From Dehalococcoidia bacterium (GTDB taxonomy: Bacteria; Chloroflexota; Dehalococcoidia; UBA2979), in NCBI GenBank assembly GCA_965219085.1, contig OZ244720.1, positions 2,176,001 to 2,240,000 on the forward strand: a stretch of 64,000 nt of DNA. Direction: 5' to 3'. A model generated the notes under the pieces. It did not search any database and had not been told where the DNA came from. It worked only from the letters and a program-made list of their open reading frames with translations. The position numbers and the translations under genes are program-made. Position 1 is the first letter of the stretch, and each line of letters begins with the position of its first letter. This document shows positions 28,231 through 37,831 of this stretch, piece after piece.

Positions 28231-29100
28231 ATGCGCCAGGTCTCGAGGATCGCCGCCGGCTGGTCGTCGCGAAGAGCCCTCGCGAGGGTTGTCGTGTTCG
28301 CGCTGTTGGCGGCTGCGTGTGGTGGGGGCTCCTCCGATTCCGGCGATGTCGTCATCGAGCTCATCACGCCGACCGCCACACCGTCCGCCCTGCCAACCGT
28401 GCCAGTCAGCGAAACGGCGGCGGTCGTGCCCTCCGCCGCGGCGACCGTCACCCCGACGGCGACGCCCACCTCTCAGCCGACCACCACCCCGACCCCGGTC
28501 GTCGTCGAGGTCACCGCGCCCGCGTCGCCGACGCCGGTGGCAACGGCGATGGCGACCGACACCGCAGTCGCGACGCCGACGCCCGCTCCCACGCCCACCG
28601 CGACCGCACCGCCGCCGCCCGTTCCCGCCCCGGCCCCCACTCCGACGCCGACTCCGCCCCCAACACCCACACCACCCCCGGTCGAGCCGACGGCGACGAC
28701 CGGCGCCCTCGCGGTCGAGGAACTGCCGGTGATCGAGTTCGTGCGCGCCGACGGGTCCGTGGTGGCGTTGCCGGTGGAGGCGCCGCCGCTCTCCGAGTAC
28801 GGCATCGGGCTGTCGGGCCGCTACGAGCTCGGCGAGCGCGGCATGCTGTTCTACTACGCGAACGACGACCGCTCGCGCCCGTTCTGGATGCGCAACACGC
28901 ACATCGACCTCGATATCGCCTTCGCCACGTCGGACTTCGTGATCATCGCGATCCTTCGCATGACGGCGGATACCGAGAACCTCCACCGGCCTGACCGCGG
29001 CTACATGTACGCTGTCGAAGCCGCTGCCGGCTGGTACGCCGAGCACGGCATCGCAGCCGGAGACACCATGCGGCTGACGTTCGAGTTGCCCGAGGAGTGA
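28231..29100 (+). CDS. DUF192-domain lipoprotein with Pro/Thr-rich linker
   Basis: Lipobox LAAAC, PT repeats, GLSGR..L..RGMLF...FWMRNTHIDLDIAF. Confidence 0.85.
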   Translation: MRQVSRIAAGWSSRRALARVVVFALLAAACGGGSSDSGDVVIELITPTATPSALPTVPVSETAAVVPSAAATVTPTATPTSQPTTTPTPVVVEVTAPASPTPVATAMATDTAVATPTPAPTPTATAPPPPVPAPAPTPTPTPPPTPTPPPVEPTATTGALAVEELPVIEFVRADGSVVALPVEAPPLSEYGIGLSGRYELGERGMLFYYANDDRSRPFWMRNTHIDLDIAFATSDFVIIAILRMTADTENLHRPDRGYMYAVEAAAGWYAEHGIAAGDTMRLTFELPEE

Positions 29101-29168
29101 GCGGCGTTCATCGTGCCTGCAACGGGGCGTCGTATACTGCCGTCCGCGCATCAGGATGAGGAGCAGCG

Positions 29169-29837
29169 ATGACCGGCGATCTGACCTTCGACCACAACGG
29201 CCAGCACGTGGAGGGCTACCTGTCCGAACCCGAGGGCACACCGCGCGCGGGCGTGGTCGTGATCCAGGAGTGGTGGGGCCTCAACGATGACATCAAGGGC
29301 ATCGCGGACCGCTTCGCCGCCCAGGGCTACCTCGCGTTCGCGCCCGACCTCTACGACGGCGTGGTCTCGACCGAGCCCGACGAGGCGCTGAAGCTGGCGA
29401 TGGCGCTGGAGCAGGACATCGCGAGCCAGCTCGTCGACGCCGCCCTGAACTGGCTCAAGGCCGAGCACGGCGTCGAGAAGACGGGCTGCATCGGGTTCTG
29501 CATGGGCGGCGGCCTGACACTCGCCGCGGCGATGCGCCCGACGTCGAACGTGGACGCGGTGCACGTCTTCTACGGCGGCGGGATGCCCTCGGTGGAGGAG
29601 CTCTCGACGATCACGGCCCCCGTCATGGGGTCGTACGGCGCGGAGGACGAGAGCATTCCGGCCGCCGACGTCGACATGCTGCGCAGCACCCTTGAGGGCC
29701 GCGGCCTGGCGACGGACGTGAAGCTCTACGACGGCGCGGGCCACTCGTTCTTCAACGCGGGCGAGGCGCACCACGCCTCCTCGGCGGCGGACGCCTGGGA
29801 GCGCACGCTCCAGTGGTTCGGCGAGCACCTGGGGTAG
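29169..29837 (+). CDS. Dienelactone hydrolase family protein
   Basis: IQEWWGLN, GFCMGG, YDGAGHSFFN. Confidence 0.9.
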   Translation: MTGDLTFDHNGQHVEGYLSEPEGTPRAGVVVIQEWWGLNDDIKGIADRFAAQGYLAFAPDLYDGVVSTEPDEALKLAMALEQDIASQLVDAALNWLKAEHGVEKTGCIGFCMGGGLTLAAAMRPTSNVDAVHVFYGGGMPSVEELSTITAPVMGSYGAEDESIPAADVDMLRSTLEGRGLATDVKLYDGAGHSFFNAGEAHHASSAADAWERTLQWFGEHLG

Positions 29838-29872
29838 CGCGGGCCTGAACGCCGCCGGCGGGGCGTCGTAGC

Positions 29873-29924
29873 ACGGCGTCCCGCTAGTACCACTCGCGCT
29901 CGATCACCGTCGAGGCGTGGCGTG
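29873..29924. repeat. 52-bp direct repeat, copy 1 (duplicate of the GAF gene 3' end)
   Basis: Matches 30910-30961 with two substitutions. Confidence 0.9.
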
Positions 29925-29993
29925 TGCCCACGCGCCACACGTCCCGTGCTTATTACAAATGAGAACTAGCCATAGCAGTATGGCCGAGGTAGT

Positions 29994-30305
29994 GTGCGGG
30001 TGGCAGATGGTCGCGTTGGACGGAAGCAGGTCACGACGCGCACGAAGGCAACATTCCGGCTGCGGGGCCGAGTCACGCCCGGGATGTTCTCGCACGAGCG
30101 CGTGTTCAGCGTCGAAGGCGCCGACGGGCAGACGATCTACATGATCGTCCCTGACGCCGACATCGAGGAACGGGATGGAGAGCCAACGACACAGGTCGTG
30201 GTTGTGGGGCGCTCCGGGGAGTTCTCACTCGTGAGTGTCCCAGGCGAACCAGTGGAGACGGGCCAGACGGTGTGGGTGCCCGAGCGGGATCTCATCCCCG
30301 CGTGA
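29994..30305 (+). CDS. Hypothetical small beta-rich protein coupled to dcd
   Basis: 103-aa ORF whose TGA overlaps the dcd GTG (GTGA); start uncertain. Confidence 0.6.
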   Translation: MRVADGRVGRKQVTTRTKATFRLRGRVTPGMFSHERVFSVEGADGQTIYMIVPDADIEERDGEPTTQVVVVGRSGEFSLVSVPGEPVETGQTVWVPERDLIPA

Positions 30306-30910
30306 TTCTGAGCAACAACGCGATCTTCGCCGCGCTCGACGGCCGCCTCATCATGTAACCGGAGCCCGAACCCCGGTCGGACGTGGGGTCGCCGTTCGGC
30401 ACGTCGGCTATCGATCTGCGCCTCGGGCCCGTGATCGCGAGGCCGAGGGGCGCACCCCACGCCGTGGTAGACCTTGGGCGGTCAGGGAAGCGTTACCGAC
30501 ACACTCGCTGCCTTCACCGACGAGTTCGAGATCGGCGACGGCGGCTACGTGCTGGAGCCTGGGCCTGAGAACCTCGTGCTTGGTCACACCCTGGAAACGG
30601 TGCGACTGCCGCTGCCCGAGCATCTGGATGAGCGCGCGGAGGGGAAGCCGGTGCTCGCCGCCCGTGTCGAGGGGAAGAGCGCGCGCGCTTCGGCCTGCTG
30701 GTGCACTTCACTGCGCCGACCATCCATGCTGGTTGGGCAGGGCGTCACGATCGAGATGATGTGCCTCGGACGGTATCCGCTGCGGCTCTACTCGGGCCTC
30801 CCGATCTGCCAGTTGATCCTCGAGGAAGTCCGGGGGCGGCCCACGGCTGCCGCAAGCCAATTCCAGGGTCCCAATTCCAGGGTCAGAGTCGACCCACCGG
30901 CGCCTCGTGA
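30302..30910 (+). pseudogene. dcd: dCTP deaminase (Dcd/dUTPase-like) pseudogene
   Basis: Pieces MILSN..., SAIDLRLG, TLETVRLP, ARVEGKS, RFGLLVHFTAPTIHAGW, PICQLILE and SQFQGQ are split by a TAA, several frameshifts and a 14-bp tandem duplication (30857-30884). Confidence 0.82.
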
Positions 30911-30961
30911 CGGCGTCCCGCTAGTACCACTCTCGCTCGATCACCGTCGACGCGTGGCGTG
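30910..30961. repeat. 52-bp direct repeat, copy 2 (current 3' end of the GAF gene)
   Basis: Encodes HASTVIEREWY* on the minus strand; matches 29873-29924. Confidence 0.9.
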
Positions 30962-31445
30962 CGAGGGTGATGAGGATCCGTTCGTCGTTGTCGCCGAACG
31001 GCTTGCCGTCCTCGCGGTCGGTGACGTAGAGCGAGCCGCGGACGTGTCCCGCGCTCCAGATCGGCACGCCGATCAGCGCCCGCATCTCCGGGTGGTGCGG
31101 CGGGAAGCCGAACGCGCGCGGCGCGGTCTGGACGTTGTCGAAGCGCACAGGACGCCCGTCGGCGCGCAGCGAGCTGAGCGGGCCGTGGGCCTGGGGCGGC
31201 GTCCTGAGCCCCCGCAGGTCCTCCTTCGACAGCCCCGAGGTGACGAAGCCCTGGGTCATGTCGTGCTCGTCGGTGACGGCGAGGGCGCCGTACTTCGCGT
31301 GCGTCATCTGGCGCGCGAGGTCGACCACGAGCTGCAGCGACTCATCGGGGCGGCGGCGTTCCGGGAGCCGCCGCACGCCGCGCGCGAGGGCGCGCAGGGC
31401 TCGCCGTTCCGGGTCGCGTCGCAGTAGCCGGTCGGTCAGCTTCAT
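30921..31445 (-). CDS. Stand-alone GAF domain protein
   Basis: AKYGALAV...FVTSG...GFPPHHPEMRALIGVPI...GSLYVTD...F...DE. Confidence 0.82.
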   Translation of the reverse strand: MKLTDRLLRRDPERRALRALARGVRRLPERRRPDESLQLVVDLARQMTHAKYGALAVTDEHDMTQGFVTSGLSKEDLRGLRTPPQAHGPLSSLRADGRPVRFDNVQTAPRAFGFPPHHPEMRALIGVPIWSAGHVRGSLYVTDREDGKPFGDNDERILITLARHASTVIEREWY

Positions 31446-31509
31446 GGCGCCTCGGCGGCAGCGTACCGCGCGCTCGTGGTGGCGTGCCAGCGCGACGGCA
31501 CCGGCGCGC

Positions 31510-32562
31510 TCACCGCTCGTAGTAACGCAAGGTCGCGGGATCGACTGCGATCGCAACGCGGTCCCCGGGCGCGGGCGGCTCGGTCGGGTCGTCCCAGCGT
31601 ACGTCGACATAACGCGTCTCAGGGCCTGTGCCGAGAGCTACCTCAAGGACGCGCAGGGGCCCGTCCGGCCGCGCGCCCACAACGGCGCCGTGCGCACCCG
31701 AATCCCGGCCGTCACCCGGCGGCACGGCCGCTATTGCTGCGGGATGCGCCATGACGAGCACCGGCCCGTCGCCGGGCTCGGGCACGGCGATCGAGCCGAC
31801 ACCGTCCTCGGTGGCGCGGCCATCCGCCGCTTCGCCGTCGACGAGTCGCACCCAACCGACCATCGAGGCGACCTCGGGGCTCGCCGGCTCGGCCAGCACG
31901 GTGTGCAGCGGTGCGGCCTGCAGGACGCGGCCGGCGTCCATCACGATCAGGTCGTCGGCCAGCGCCTGCGCGTCGCGCAGGTCGTGGCTGACCAGCAGGG
32001 CGGTGGTCCGGAGGCGTTCGAGGAGGCCGCGCAGCTCCCGGCGTAACTCGCGCTTGCGTGCCTCGTCGAGCGCGCCGAGCGGCTCGTCGAGCAGCAGCAC
32101 CGCAGGCTCCGGCGCGAGCGCGCGCGCGAGCCCCACGCGCTGACGCTCGCCCCCCGAGAGCGCGTCGACGCGACGCTGGCCGAGGGCCTCGATGCCCACG
32201 AGCGCGAGCAGCTCGTCCACGCGCCGTTCGCGGCGGTCGCGCGGCCACCTCGCCATGCGCAGCCCGAAGGCGACGTTGGCGCGCACGTCGAGGTGCGGGA
32301 ACAGCGCCAGTTCCTGGAACATCAACCCCACGCCGCGCCGATGCGGCGCGCGGCCCAGCACGGAGGCGCCGTCGAGCAGCACGTCGCCGCCCTCGGGGCG
32401 GTCGAGGCCGGCGATGAGCCGCAGGACGGTGGTCTTGCCGCTGCCCGAGGGGCCGAGGAGCGCCGCCACGCGCCCGTCGGCGACCTCGAAGCTCACGCCG
32501 TCGACGACGCGGCGGTCGGCTTCGTAGGCGTGGGTGAGGTCGCGGACGGTGAGGGTCGCCAC
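31510..32562 (-). CDS. thiQ: ABC transporter ATP-binding protein (thiamine)
   Basis: GPSGSGKT, LSGGERQRV, LLLDEP; third gene of the TPP-riboswitch operon. Confidence 0.75.
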   Translation of the reverse strand: MATLTVRDLTHAYEADRRVVDGVSFEVADGRVAALLGPSGSGKTTVLRLIAGLDRPEGGDVLLDGASVLGRAPHRRGVGLMFQELALFPHLDVRANVAFGLRMARWPRDRRERRVDELLALVGIEALGQRRVDALSGGERQRVGLARALAPEPAVLLLDEPLGALDEARKRELRRELRGLLERLRTTALLVSHDLRDAQALADDLIVMDAGRVLQAAPLHTVLAEPASPEVASMVGWVRLVDGEAADGRATEDGVGSIAVPEPGDGPVLVMAHPAAIAAVPPGDGRDSGAHGAVVGARPDGPLRVLEVALGTGPETRYVDVRWDDPTEPPAPGDRVAIAVDPATLRYYER

Positions 32563-32569
32563 GGGTGCC

Positions 32570-34312
32570 TCAAAACTCGCCGATGTCGCGGTAGCGCACG
32601 CGCTCGATGAGCAGCAGGGCGGCCGCCGTGACGGTCATGAGGATCGTGGCCATCGCCAGCGCCTGCCCGAGGTTCGCCGGGCCCGGGCGGCCGAGGGACG
32701 TGTAGATGGCGACGGGCAATGTGGCGAACTCGCGGCGCTGCAGCACCGCCGTCGCGCCGAACTCGCCGAGCGAGATGACGAACGCGAACCCCGCGCCGAC
32801 GAGGAGCGCGCGCCACGCCAGCGGCAACTCGACGTAACGCCACGCGGCGAGCGGCGACGCGCCGAGCACGCGGGCTGCCTCGGGCAGCCGCGGGTCGAGC
32901 GTGCGCAGCACGGCGAGCACGGCGCGCAGCACGAACGGGTAGGCGATGAGCGCGTGGGCGATCACGATCAGCCACGGGGAGCCTCGGAGGTCCGTGACGC
33001 CGCGGTTGAACGTGATCAGGAACCCGAACCCCAGCACCACCGCCGGCGCCGCGAGCGGCGCCATCAGCAGCCCGTCGGCGAGTGCCGCGAGGCGCCCTCG
33101 CGAGCGCGCGATCGCCGTCGCCGCGAGCGTGCCGAGCACGACCGCGAGTAGCGCCGCGCCGCCGGCGAAGGTCACGCTCCAGCGCATCGCGTTCACGGGC
33201 TCGACGAACGACAGCCGGCCCGAGTCCTCGAACGCGCGGGCGAAGTTGGCGGCAGTGACGCCGCCCAGTGTGTCTCCCGATGCGCCGACGGTGAACGCGC
33301 CGTGCACGAGCGCCGCGAGCGGCGCGACGATGAGCAACCCGAGCACCACGGCCACCCCCAGCGCGAGCGCGCGCTCGGCCCACGAGGTCTCGCGCAGCGG
33401 TCGCGAGCGCTCGCTGCGCTGGGTCAGCGGCCGGGCGGTGCGGCGCTGCAGCAGCGAGTAGGCGCCGAGCACGGCGACCGTAGCCGCGATCTGCACGGTC
33501 GACAGCACCGCCGCCGCCGGCAGCTCGACCAGGCGGATCGCGAGGCGGTAGATGACCACCTCGAGCGTGTCGAGCCCTGGCCCGCCCAGCACGAGTACGA
33601 CGCCGAACGAGGTGAACGAGAACACGAAGACGAGCGCCGCCGCCGAGGCGATCGCGGGCGCGAGCGCGGGCAACGTGACCTCGCGCAGCGTCGCCCAGCG
33701 CCCCGCGCCGAGCAGGCGCGCGGCCTCCTCGGTGCGCGGGTCGAGGTTCGCCCAGACGCCGGCGACGAGGCGGATCACGATCGAGACGTTGTAGAAGACG
33801 TGTGCCGCGAGGATCGCCCAGATCGTGCCCACCACCTCGACCGGCCCGAGGCCGAACCACGCGAGCGCGTCGTTGAGCAGCCCCTCGGGCCCCGCGAGCT
33901 GCTGGAATGCGAGCGCGACGACGAGTGTCGGGAGCACGAAGGGCACCGTGACGAGCGCCCTCGTCACCGCGCGGCCGGGAAAGCGGATGTGCGCGAACAC
34001 GTACGCGGCGGGCAGCCCGACAACAAGCGCAACGGCCGTCGAGGCGACGGCCTGGGCGGTCGTGAAGACGAGCCGCTCCCAGTAGTAGCCGTCGCCGAGC
34101 ACGTCGCCGATGGCGGCGGCGTCCGGGACCCCCTCCGGGGCGAGGCCGCGCCAGAGGATCGTGGCGAGCGGCCAGAGCAGCAGCGGGACGAGCAGCACGA
34201 GCACCGGCAGCGCCCACGGCCAGGCCCTCGGCCCGCCCGCGGGCGCGTCGGCGCCGCTCGCCCGTCGCGCCAGCACTCGCAAACGCGGGGATACCCCGCG
34301 GGGCTCGATCAT
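32570..34312 (-). CDS. thiP: Thiamine ABC transporter permease (two-domain)
   Basis: AHVFYN, two EAA loops (EEAARLLGA, EAARVLGAS), FTSFGV, SLGEFGAT. Confidence 0.82.
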   Translation of the reverse strand: MIEPRGVSPRLRVLARRASGADAPAGGPRAWPWALPVLVLLVPLLLWPLATILWRGLAPEGVPDAAAIGDVLGDGYYWERLVFTTAQAVASTAVALVVGLPAAYVFAHIRFPGRAVTRALVTVPFVLPTLVVALAFQQLAGPEGLLNDALAWFGLGPVEVVGTIWAILAAHVFYNVSIVIRLVAGVWANLDPRTEEAARLLGAGRWATLREVTLPALAPAIASAAALVFVFSFTSFGVVLVLGGPGLDTLEVVIYRLAIRLVELPAAAVLSTVQIAATVAVLGAYSLLQRRTARPLTQRSERSRPLRETSWAERALALGVAVVLGLLIVAPLAALVHGAFTVGASGDTLGGVTAANFARAFEDSGRLSFVEPVNAMRWSVTFAGGAALLAVVLGTLAATAIARSRGRLAALADGLLMAPLAAPAVVLGFGFLITFNRGVTDLRGSPWLIVIAHALIAYPFVLRAVLAVLRTLDPRLPEAARVLGASPLAAWRYVELPLAWRALLVGAGFAFVISLGEFGATAVLQRREFATLPVAIYTSLGRPGPANLGQALAMATILMTVTAAALLLIERVRYRDIGEF

Positions 34313-35400
34313 CGGAGCATGATCTCCGTCCACTCGCGGATCCAGCGGTCGATGTCCTCGGCCGTGAACTCGATCGAGGCGGTCTCGACCTCGACGTCCG
34401 CCCAGCTCCACCACTCGGGCAGTTCGAGTCCGCCGATCACCGGGTAGACGAACATCGTCTCCGGGATCTGCTGCTGGAACGCGTCGCTCAGCATGAAGTC
34501 GATGAACTTGCCTGCGAGGTCGGCGTTCTCGGCGCCGTCGAGGACGGCGGCGGCCTCGACCTGGCGGAACAGCGGGCTGGGGATGACGTTGCGCGTCGGC
34601 GGCTCCGTCAGTGGCTCCTCGGAGAAGAAGAACTCCGCCGCCGGGCTCGAGGTGTACGAGACGACGAGCGGCCGGTCGCCGCCGTAGATGCTGAAGTGCG
34701 TGTAGTAGGCGTCGCTCCAGCCCTGCTCGACGCGCACCTCGTTCGCGCGCAGGTCACGCCAGAACTGCTGCCACCGGCCCTCGCCGAAGTAGGCGATGGT
34801 GGTGGCGAGGAACTGCAGCCCGGGCGACGAGGTCGCCGGGTCCTCGACCACGAGCTTGCCGCGCCACCGCCGCTCGGTCAGTTCCTCGAGCGTCGAGGGT
34901 GGCTCGCCGGCCTCCGGGTCGAAGTTGAGGTCGACCCATCCGTAGTCGATGGGCGTCAGCAGCAGCGAGTCGCCGAACGGTGCGCGCAGGTCGGCGGGGA
35001 TGTCGCCGCGGCGCGCCGACTCGTACGCGCGGAACACGCCCGCGGCGACCGCGCGCTGGTAGCTGAGGTTGTCGACGCCGTAGAGCACGTCGCCCTCGGG
35101 GTTACCGGCGTTGAGGATGGCGCGGTTCACCACCTCGTTGGCGTCTCCGCCAGCGATCAGCTCGACCGTGGCGTTGTGCTCCTGCTCGAACTGCTCGATG
35201 AGCCCATCGCTCACGTCGAACGAATCGTGCGTGATCACGACGAGCGTCGTGGGTCCTGCGGGCGTGGGCGTCGCCGTCGGCGCCGGTGGCTCGGCGGGCT
35301 CGTCAGGTTCGTCGCCGGTACATGCCACGGCGAACGCGGCGAGCAGCGCGGCGACGAGCAGTGCGAGGCTGCGGGCTAGCGGCAGGCGTCTTGCAGGCAT
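34309..35400 (-). CDS. thiB: Thiamine ABC transporter substrate-binding lipoprotein
   Basis: THDSF, GVDN, DPATSSPGLQFL, GWSDAYY, SYTSSPAAE, FRQVE. Confidence 0.87.
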   Translation of the reverse strand: MPARRLPLARSLALLVAALLAAFAVACTGDEPDEPAEPPAPTATPTPAGPTTLVVITHDSFDVSDGLIEQFEQEHNATVELIAGGDANEVVNRAILNAGNPEGDVLYGVDNLSYQRAVAAGVFRAYESARRGDIPADLRAPFGDSLLLTPIDYGWVDLNFDPEAGEPPSTLEELTERRWRGKLVVEDPATSSPGLQFLATTIAYFGEGRWQQFWRDLRANEVRVEQGWSDAYYTHFSIYGGDRPLVVSYTSSPAAEFFFSEEPLTEPPTRNVIPSPLFRQVEAAAVLDGAENADLAGKFIDFMLSDAFQQQIPETMFVYPVIGGLELPEWWSWADVEVETASIEFTAEDIDRWIREWTEIMLR

Positions 35401-35462
35401 CGGGCTCCTCCCATGCTGGGGAGACCGCTGCCTGAGTCCGTGAAGGTAGGTACTGGCAACTG

Positions 35463-35553
35463 AACCGCATCCCTACGCACGAATGAACGTGATCAGGTTC
35501 CAGGGGTTGGCGCGCTCGACGCCTCTCAGCCCGTATGGGCACCCCCAGCGGCC
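35463..35553 (-). promoter_or_regulatory. TPP riboswitch
   Basis: Minus strand reads GGGGGTGCCC...GGGCTGAGAGG...AACCCCTGGAACCTGATC...GCGTAGGGA (TPP consensus), upstream of thiB. Confidence 0.92.
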
Positions 35554-35748
35554 TCGGTGGGTTGCGTGGAGGCTCGCACCGCTGCGCCGATCGGTCAAGC
35601 GCGCTTGCGTTCAGTGGGACGGCGTTACAGGCGTTCGTAGAGCCCGGTGGGCCCGGCGGCGACGTCGACGAGGTGCGGATCTATCGACGGCTCGATGAGA
35701 CGCGCTGAACTGAGCGTACTCCCTTTGAAGTGGGCTAATACCGGTACG

Positions 35749-36174
35749 CTAGTGAAGTGCAGGCATGGGCGGAGGCTCGCGACCCTCATCCCTGGCCAGC
35801 CGGCTCTCGCGCTCCCAGGCCTCCCAGCGCTCCTGCTGCTCCTGCCGACCCCTCGCAAGACCCTCGGCGCGAGCCTCTTCCTGTAACAACCGACGGTACC
35901 TGGCTGCCAGCACGATGATCTCTACCCCTTCCAGCGCAACGTAGACGACCGCAGCGCTGACGACGACCCACGCCTCCAGCCCGATCACTGTGCTGTTCAG
36001 CCCCGAGCCTGGATGCTCAAGGACAGTGAACAGCCCTGCTACCAGCAGCGCAACAAACAGCATCAGCGCAAGAACAGGTCGCTGTGTTGGGAAGCTGATG
36101 GGCTGGATGTCCTTCCGCTCCCGCGTGCCCCAGTGTACCGGAACGGGACAGTTATCGTAACGTGTCTGTGTCAC
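35749..36174 (-). CDS. Hypothetical membrane protein
   Basis: Two TM segments, then an EARAEGLARGRQEQQERWEAW tail; lower-GC segment; start uncertain. Confidence 0.55.
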   Translation of the reverse strand: MTQTRYDNCPVPVHWGTRERKDIQPISFPTQRPVLALMLFVALLVAGLFTVLEHPGSGLNSTVIGLEAWVVVSAAVVYVALEGVEIIVLAARYRRLLQEEARAEGLARGRQEQQERWEAWERESRLARDEGREPPPMPALH

Positions 36175-36195
36175 TATGAGCGTGTTGCGAACGAA

Positions 36196-37827
36196 TCAAT
36201 GCGAACGTACCAGCGCCTCCGCGATCTCCCGCGCCAGCGCCCCCGGCGACCGCGACGCATCGAGGGTGACCGACGCGCCCTCGCCGTCTTCGACCGGCTC
36301 GAAGCGCTCGCGCTGCGACGCGTACACGTTCTCCGTCGCGTCCGAGGTGCGTAGCGGGTCGTCATCGCGCCCCGCGATGCGCGCGCGGGCGTCAGCCTCG
36401 TCGAGCCGTAGCTCGACGATGAGGCACGGCGCGCCGTGCTCGGCGGCGAGTGCGCGCGCCTCGTCGCGCTCCGATGCGCGCCCGTGCATCGCGTCGATCA
36501 CGACCGCTCGCCCGGCTTCGAGGTGCTCGCCGGTGCGGCGGCGCAGCTCCTCGTATGTGCGCTCGGTCATCTGCGGCGCGTAGAGGCCGGCGCCGAACGC
36601 GTCGCCGGCCCGCTCGCGCGGGTCGATGCCCGCGATCTGCTTGCGCACGATGTCCGAGGAGACGTAGGCCGCGCCGATGCGGCCCGCGAGCGTCCCCGCC
36701 ACGGTCGACTTGCCCGTCGCCGGCAGGCCGCACATCACTACCACCGCCGGTTCGGCGTGCCGCTGCCCGTAGCTCACGGCCAGGCGGAAGAACCGCGCCG
36801 CCGAATCGGCGAGGGCGCGGCGCTGCTCCTCGTCCACCTCGGGCGCGTGCGCGCCGATCGACTCAACCTTGCCACGCACGAACGCGCGGAAGGTGCGGTG
36901 CAGCGGCTGCAGCACGCCCATCGTCTCATCGCCCGCGGCGGCGATGTAGCGCCCGGCGATCTCGTCGCCGAGTTCGGGGTAGCCCACCGCCGCAAGGTCC
37001 ATCGCGAGGAAGGCGATGTCGTACCCGGCGTCGAGGTAGCGGAAGTGGTACCACTCGCTGAACTCGATGCAGTCCACGATCGCGAGCTCCTCGGCGTCGT
37101 CGTCGAGGACGTAGACGTGGTCGGCCCGAAGATCGCCGTGGCCCTCGATCACGCGCCCGGCAGCGAGTCGCGCGTCGAAGAGCGCCGCCTCGCGCTCGAG
37201 CTGCGATGCGACGAAGGCGCGCGTGGCGGCGGCGTCCTCGGGTGTCCACGTGTCGCCGATGAAGCCCTCGGTCTCGGCGTACTCGCGCGACCACCACGCG
37301 GCCTCGCCCGCCGCGCCCGCGAAGTCCGGGTCGTTCGCGACCACCTCGGCGCGTTCGTGGTAGGAGATGAGCCGACGCACGACGTGCTCGGCGATGCGAG
37401 GCGGCGCTCCGCCGGCCGGCAGCAGTTCACGCAGCGTGCGGTCGTCCGGCAGCCGCCGCATCTGCACGCACCACTCGACGACCTCGCTGCCCGCGGGCAC
37501 GGGCGAGCCGGCGGGGAGCACGGCGATGCGGCCGCCGGGGTAGCGCACGATGGGGCCGACGCCGAGGTAGACGTCGGGCGCGAGACGGCGATTCAGTCGC
37601 ACCTCCGCGTGGCAGAACGCCTCGCGGCGCTCGGGCGCGACCTGGTCGATGAAGCCGAAGTCGACGGGCTTCTTCGTCTTGTAAACCACGTCGCCCGCGA
37701 GGAAGACGTACGAGACGTGCGTCTGCCGCAGCTCGACGTCAGGTGGCGGCGAGGGGTAGGCGTCGGGCCGCAGCAGGGCGCGGACGTACTCCGGGAGCAC
37801 CTCGGCGGCGGGGGCGTCCCCGGGCAT
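36196..37827 (-). CDS. Bifunctional aminoglycoside-phosphotransferase-like / P-loop kinase (AAA_33) protein
   Basis: QTHVSYVFL..YK.KKPV, EVRLNRRLAP, GHGDLR.DH, DCIEF; C-terminal GLPATGKST. Confidence 0.87.
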   Translation of the reverse strand: MPGDAPAAEVLPEYVRALLRPDAYPSPPPDVELRQTHVSYVFLAGDVVYKTKKPVDFGFIDQVAPERREAFCHAEVRLNRRLAPDVYLGVGPIVRYPGGRIAVLPAGSPVPAGSEVVEWCVQMRRLPDDRTLRELLPAGGAPPRIAEHVVRRLISYHERAEVVANDPDFAGAAGEAAWWSREYAETEGFIGDTWTPEDAAATRAFVASQLEREAALFDARLAAGRVIEGHGDLRADHVYVLDDDAEELAIVDCIEFSEWYHFRYLDAGYDIAFLAMDLAAVGYPELGDEIAGRYIAAAGDETMGVLQPLHRTFRAFVRGKVESIGAHAPEVDEEQRRALADSAARFFRLAVSYGQRHAEPAVVVMCGLPATGKSTVAGTLAGRIGAAYVSSDIVRKQIAGIDPRERAGDAFGAGLYAPQMTERTYEELRRRTGEHLEAGRAVVIDAMHGRASERDEARALAAEHGAPCLIVELRLDEADARARIAGRDDDPLRTSDATENVYASQRERFEPVEDGEGASVTLDASRSPGALAREIAEALVRSH

Positions 37828-37831
37828 GGGC

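Noticed and set aside
29925-30909. Autonomous mobile element or prophage
   Set aside because: There is no integrase, transposase or terminal inverted repeat; only the flanking direct repeat is supported.
30302-30910. Programmed frameshifting or sequencing error as the cause of the dcd breaks
   Set aside because: There are several independent lesions (a stop, multiple frameshifts, a 14-bp duplication) while neighbouring genes are intact, so decay is more parsimonious.
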